IMG/VR virus record: IMGVR_UViG_3300042923_000569 | Location: 62,001-126,000 of that record | Reading direction: 5' to 3' (one strand) | Length of the DNA: 64,000 bases | Shown: positions 58,872-64,000 of the stretch, one piece after another | How the letters are laid out: the number at the start of each line of letters is the position of its first letter | Position numbering within the stretch: the stretch's first letter is position 1 | Position numbers and translations under genes: made by a program | Notes under the pieces: model-generated | Told to the model about the DNA's origin: nothing | The model's input: only the letters and a program-made list of their open reading frames with translations | Database searches by the model: none

Positions 58872-59788
58872 TATAGACCTTCCATAAATTTATTATATTT
58901 GCTGGTAATTGATTCAAAAATGGAATCTACTGATTCATCATCTTCATCAGATTCACCTACAAGTGGATTGTCACCTAATGCAGTACCTGGCTGTTTATCT
59001 TTATATGCATGACGTGAATTAACAATACCTTCATCATCATAGAATTCCGGTTCAGGACGGTTTGTTGCATCTTCTTGCATTGTACGTTTCCAATAAAAGG
59101 CATTACCTTTAGGAACTACAATGAAGTTGTCGCCTTCAAAACCATTAGTTTCTTGCTGACCATTTGCAACGCATTCAAATTCAGTACGGAAAGGTCCGAA
59201 TTCTTTAGAAGCATCAGCTTCAGTGGCAATTGAATCTTCATCAAGGGATAAATCAGGTAGGAGACTTTCAGATACAGAATCATCTTCATCGTCTAAATCT
59301 TCATCTTCTTCTAATTCTTGGCTTTCACGAATACCGGCTAATGAGGACATTAGACCCATATCAAAATCGTCATCACCAGATGAATCGAATTCAGAATCTT
59401 GTTCATCAGAGCTAAAATCATCAGATCCAAATTCTACATCAGAATCACCAGCAACGTCAAGTGAATCATCACCAAAATCGGTCACAGAGCCAGCTAAATC
59501 GCTCTCAGCAGCACCCAATTCAGCAGCTCCGGGTTCGCCCATACCGCCCATGTCATCGGCACTCGGTGCCATGTCAGGACTCATGATTGGTTGAGTTTCA
59601 TCTTCTCCACCAATGCTATCAAAATTTAATGGTGCGATAGAAGGAACTGAGGTCATTCCTCCCATTTGTGACGAACCACGTTCTGCCTGCCCTGCAAGGG
59701 CAAGCATACGAGATAGAGTATCAAGATCGCTAGATTCTAAACCCTGAACATCAATACGAACTGATGCCTCGTTAATTTTATTTTTCAT
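58871..59788 (-). CDS. Highly acidic protein, putative prohead core/internal protein
   Basis: Start at ATG 59788 (AAGGA RBS); INEA, LAGIRES, IFES motifs; D/E/S low complexity. Confidence 0.55.
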   Translation of the reverse strand: MKNKINEASVRIDVQGLESSDLDTLSRMLALAGQAERGSSQMGGMTSVPSIAPLNFDSIGGEDETQPIMSPDMAPSADDMGGMGEPGAAELGAAESDLAGSVTDFGDDSLDVAGDSDVEFGSDDFSSDEQDSEFDSSGDDDFDMGLMSSLAGIRESQELEEDEDLDDEDDSVSESLLPDLSLDEDSIATEADASKEFGPFRTEFECVANGQQETNGFEGDNFIVVPKGNAFYWKRTMQEDATNRPEPEFYDDEGIVNSRHAYKDKQPGTALGDNPLVGESDEDDESVDSIFESITSKYNKFMEGL

Positions 59789-59808
59789 AATAACTAATTC
59801 CTTTTTAA

Positions 59809-61224
59809 TCAATCTTTATTATTTAATGAATTTAGAATCTGTGATGCTTCACTTTGCTTTCCAGCAAGTAAAATATCTGCTGCAAGTAATGAAATATCAT
59901 CACCACGACTTAAAAGTACAGTAATACGTCTACGAGTATTAGCTGGAGCAGCTTTAATTTTATCAGCCAAACCTTCTAAGCCAGTAGTTTCACTTTGACT
60001 CGAATCTCCCTGTGCTGGAGCATTACTTGATGTATTACCCTGTACTGGAGGTTGTTCAGTACTATCAGTGTTTCCTTGTTGTTCTTGTGCTGAATTTTCA
60101 CCATCTACTTGAACTTCTGGAATATCAGTATTTTGTTCTGACTGTTCTGAACTATCTTGAGATAAATTATCAAGTACTTTCTTAGCAATATCTTGTGGTA
60201 GTAATTTACCTGAATCAGAAATGAAACGTCCATTTCCAACATATTTGTAAGATTGACCTTTCTTAGATTTCCACTCAGTACCAATTTTAACAGGTTCAGT
60301 CTGATTGTGTTTCTGAATAGCAGCTTGTGCAGCACGTTCTAATGGAATTGCAGATGAACTATTAATAGGTTTTTTAGTTTCTGCTGAGAACCATTGTCCA
60401 TTCTTCTTAAAGTACTTTTTACCTTTACCTGAAGTATATACATATCCATTAGGAACTTCTACACTTGAATTAGATTGGGTATTAGAACTTTCAGGACTTG
60501 AATTTTCATCAGAAGTTGAATTATCTTGTTCAGTACTGTTAGAGGAATTATTATCTTCTGAAGATTTAGCATATTCTTTAAGACGATCAACATAAACAGA
60601 TGGATATTCTTTATTGTTTTTAAGGTCAACCAACGCATCACCAACAAAAGTTAAAGTATTACCTTTGTATTGTACGGTTGAACCAACTGGTAATGTTTCG
60701 TTTGGGTTATTATTGATTTTTTTAATGTAATCTTTAGCATCAGCCATAAGCTCATCTAAGTTATCACCTTTTTTGGCAACACGAGCACCATTATGGAACC
60801 AACCACCTTTGCTATAAACATAGTCTCCCATTTTAAAATAGCTTGGGACTTCATCATTTGATTTATCACCAAGTTTCAAATCTGAGAAATTAGTATCTTC
60901 AGCTTCAAACAAATTTTTAACACGTTTGTTAATACTTTCATTTAGTAGATTACCATTGAAAGTGAAATTATCACGACCAACATAAACATAAGCAGATTCA
61001 TTGAAAATATACTTTTTACCAATTTGTAAGTTATTTTTGCTGTTGTGTTCAGCAATTTGTTGAGTAGCAGACTTATTCATTTTGAAATTATGAGTGCTTT
61101 CAACAATATTTAAAGTAGAGCAATTCATCCAAGAACCATCAAGGTACATATATTCTGTACCTTTATTTGATGTGTATACGTAGTTATTTGGAATTGAAAT
61201 GTTATTACCGTAGGATTTAAACAT
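59809..61224 (-). CDS. Hypothetical protein with three internal repeat domains
   Basis: [IV]P..Y...YVY...G.W module repeated 3 times, with low-complexity linkers. Confidence 0.7.
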   Translation of the reverse strand: MFKSYGNNISIPNNYVYTSNKGTEYMYLDGSWMNCSTLNIVESTHNFKMNKSATQQIAEHNSKNNLQIGKKYIFNESAYVYVGRDNFTFNGNLLNESINKRVKNLFEAEDTNFSDLKLGDKSNDEVPSYFKMGDYVYSKGGWFHNGARVAKKGDNLDELMADAKDYIKKINNNPNETLPVGSTVQYKGNTLTFVGDALVDLKNNKEYPSVYVDRLKEYAKSSEDNNSSNSTEQDNSTSDENSSPESSNTQSNSSVEVPNGYVYTSGKGKKYFKKNGQWFSAETKKPINSSSAIPLERAAQAAIQKHNQTEPVKIGTEWKSKKGQSYKYVGNGRFISDSGKLLPQDIAKKVLDNLSQDSSEQSEQNTDIPEVQVDGENSAQEQQGNTDSTEQPPVQGNTSSNAPAQGDSSQSETTGLEGLADKIKAAPANTRRRITVLLSRGDDISLLAADILLAGKQSEASQILNSLNNKD

Positions 61225-61236
61225 TTTCTTCTCCTA

Positions 61237-61779
61237 TTAAGAAATTAGACGTAGTAGTTTTGCTCGGTCTTCTGGACTTAATGCAGATAACTCACCACCA
61301 AAACTCGAATTTCCTGCCGCTGGTTCATTGGTTGGTTGTTGGCCTTGTGGCTGTTCTTCCTGACCTTGCTGCTGTGGTTGTGGTTGACCTTGTGGTTTTT
61401 CTTCATCTGGATATTCAGAATTAGCTTTCTGTACTGCTTTCATTAGAGCAGCACCTACATCTTTAGGGCTAAATGAACGTCGTTCGTTCGTTCCCAAAAA
61501 TGAAGTATCTAATTTATTACCTTTAAAGAAATTTGCTACATCACCAAACGATACTGCTTGTGGATGTGAACCATATTTCTTACCAATATAACGTTTGAAA
61601 TCATTCCAAAGTTGGTTAGCTTGCTGACCAGTTTCCTGTGCACCTTGCTCAACTTGACCTGAACCAAACATACCTTTGACTTTACCTTTCGCAGAGTCAA
61701 TCGCTGATTGGCTACGGCTATAAGGACGTTCATTTAATGGTTCTTGTTGACCATCAAACATTTCTTCTAAAAGACTCAT
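61237..61779 (-). CDS. Hypothetical protein, putative internal head protein
   Basis: MSLLEE...LNER N-terminus; Q/P-rich linker. Confidence 0.6.
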   Translation of the reverse strand: MSLLEEMFDGQQEPLNERPYSRSQSAIDSAKGKVKGMFGSGQVEQGAQETGQQANQLWNDFKRYIGKKYGSHPQAVSFGDVANFFKGNKLDTSFLGTNERRSFSPKDVGAALMKAVQKANSEYPDEEKPQGQPQPQQQGQEEQPQGQQPTNEPAAGNSSFGGELSALSPEDRAKLLRLIS

Positions 61780-61782
61780 CGA

Positions 61783-62328
61783 TTACCCCTTTTTACCAAA
61801 GCCAGCAGACATATATTCTGAATAAGGCTTTTTATCTTTTTTATAACTGTCAATTGCATCTTTTACTACAGTATCCGCACGGCCTTGACCACCAAGTTCT
61901 TCAGCATCAACTTCAGGAACTTCTTTATATTCTGGATCAAGTAAACGTGGCTCGTAATCATCGAATTCGATATCATCTTCAGAATCAGCAATTTCTTCCT
62001 GATAAGGTTCTAAGTTATTTCGAACGTGAAGTAGAGCTTCCGACCATTGTAATAGACTTCCGATTTCAAATAAAAGTACTTGTGGCTGAATACCACGCTT
62101 GCATTTAAAATCAAACATCCAAATCTCACCACAGTCAAGATTGTAAAAATCAATTGGGTTAGATTGGAAAATTGTTTTCTTTAAAGGACCAACTTCAAAA
62201 GCGTCATATCGATCAGTAAGTCGTGCTACGACTTTATGTAATTCTTCGGAGCTTGGCTCACACGCAAATTTTACACGATATGAATATTCTGGAGTAAGGT
62301 CGGTTAATATTTTTTGTAATTTATTCAT
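61783..62328 (-). CDS. Hypothetical conserved phage protein
   Basis: Y.YRVK.A, KKT..Q..P.DF motif; 181 aa. Confidence 0.65.
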   Translation of the reverse strand: MNKLQKILTDLTPEYSYRVKFACEPSSEELHKVVARLTDRYDAFEVGPLKKTIFQSNPIDFYNLDCGEIWMFDFKCKRGIQPQVLLFEIGSLLQWSEALLHVRNNLEPYQEEIADSEDDIEFDDYEPRLLDPEYKEVPEVDAEELGGQGRADTVVKDAIDSYKKDKKPYSEYMSAGFGKKG

Positions 62329-62355
62329 GTTAACTCCGAGTCACAGTAATTTAAT

Positions 62356-62919
62356 TTATTTATTACGTTTCATTGATGCAAGTAGCTCGTTGCGGGATTT
62401 TACTGCCACAACCTTCTCACCTTCAATTGCGTTCGGGTCTGTTCCACCTAATGATACTGGTGTTTTGGATTTTTGATTTAATTCGATTTCCATTTTGTCT
62501 TTTTTAATCTGCATATCAATTAACTTAATATCAGAATCGATTACTTTTGAATGTGCGTCTAAGGCAATCTTAAGCATAGCATTTGCAGCATTAATCATTT
62601 CTGATGCAAATCTGTCTTCGCAATTAAAAGCACGGTCAAAAATATCTTCAAATTTATCTTCTGCCATTTTAGCCAAACGGTCTAAATGTGATTTACGACT
62701 TGTAATATCAGGAATGTCTTTCAACTGTTCACGATATTCTTTCAGTTGTTGCATTGAACGTCTAGCTTTATCAACATCAACACCTGATATTTCAGTACTT
62801 TCATCTTCGTCATCATCTGAATATAAGTCGTTCTCGTCATAGTCTTCACCAAGTAGTTTCTGTATATCTTCAGTACTAGCTAGACCTAGTGCTTCTTCAA
62901 CACCACGTTTTACTTTCAT
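62356..62919 (-). CDS. Coiled-coil protein, possibly terminase small subunit
   Basis: Helical LD.LA..A...F...A..ML..AL.A...K.I..Q.KK core and C-terminal SRNELL; next to the gp4-like gene. The function call is tentative. Confidence 0.4.
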   Translation of the reverse strand: MKVKRGVEEALGLASTEDIQKLLGEDYDENDLYSDDDEDESTEISGVDVDKARRSMQQLKEYREQLKDIPDITSRKSHLDRLAKMAEDKFEDIFDRAFNCEDRFASEMINAANAMLKIALDAHSKVIDSDIKLIDMQIKKDKMEIELNQKSKTPVSLGGTDPNAIEGEKVVAVKSRNELLASMKRNK

Positions 62920-62920
62920 A

Positions 62921-64000
<1,080 letters not shown>

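Overview
A 64-kb AT-rich segment (roughly one-third GC, estimated by eye) of a T4-superfamily-related jumbo myophage. Gene content, gene order and the 3,336-aa baseplate protein suggest a RaK2/GAP32/121Q-like enterobacterial jumbo phage; this is an inference, not a database result. The window holds most of the tail and baseplate morphogenesis module: the 5' end of a probable tape-measure gene, gp26-, gp53-, gp27-, gp5-, gp25-, gp6- and gp7-like baseplate genes, gp14/gp15-like neck and tail-terminator genes, several long repetitive fibre genes and a tailspike/depolymerase. Interspersed are EndoVII, gp46/gp47 (SbcCD-like), the gp55-like late sigma factor, a ClpA-like ATPase, a NUDIX hydrolase, thyA, a MoxR AAA+/VWA pair, a cluster of acidic putative internal head proteins and a gp4-like head-completion nuclease. 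Two promoter classes can be read directly. Late TAAATA boxes precede structural genes. A non-standard TGAAACG-N16-TATAAT promoter occurs 5 times, all on the minus strand. Four signals are not explained by the ORF track: (1) an ORF-free, hairpin-dense ~500-680 nt region (~1830-2513) downstream of one of those promoters, a candidate large ncRNA or RNA-primed origin; (2) a T_TTT_TTC slippery site predicting a -1 frameshift extension of the gp26-like gene; (3) strong over-representation of the palindrome AGTACT; (4) a promoter-terminator arrangement upstream of the MoxR/VWA pair suggesting a small RNA or attenuator.
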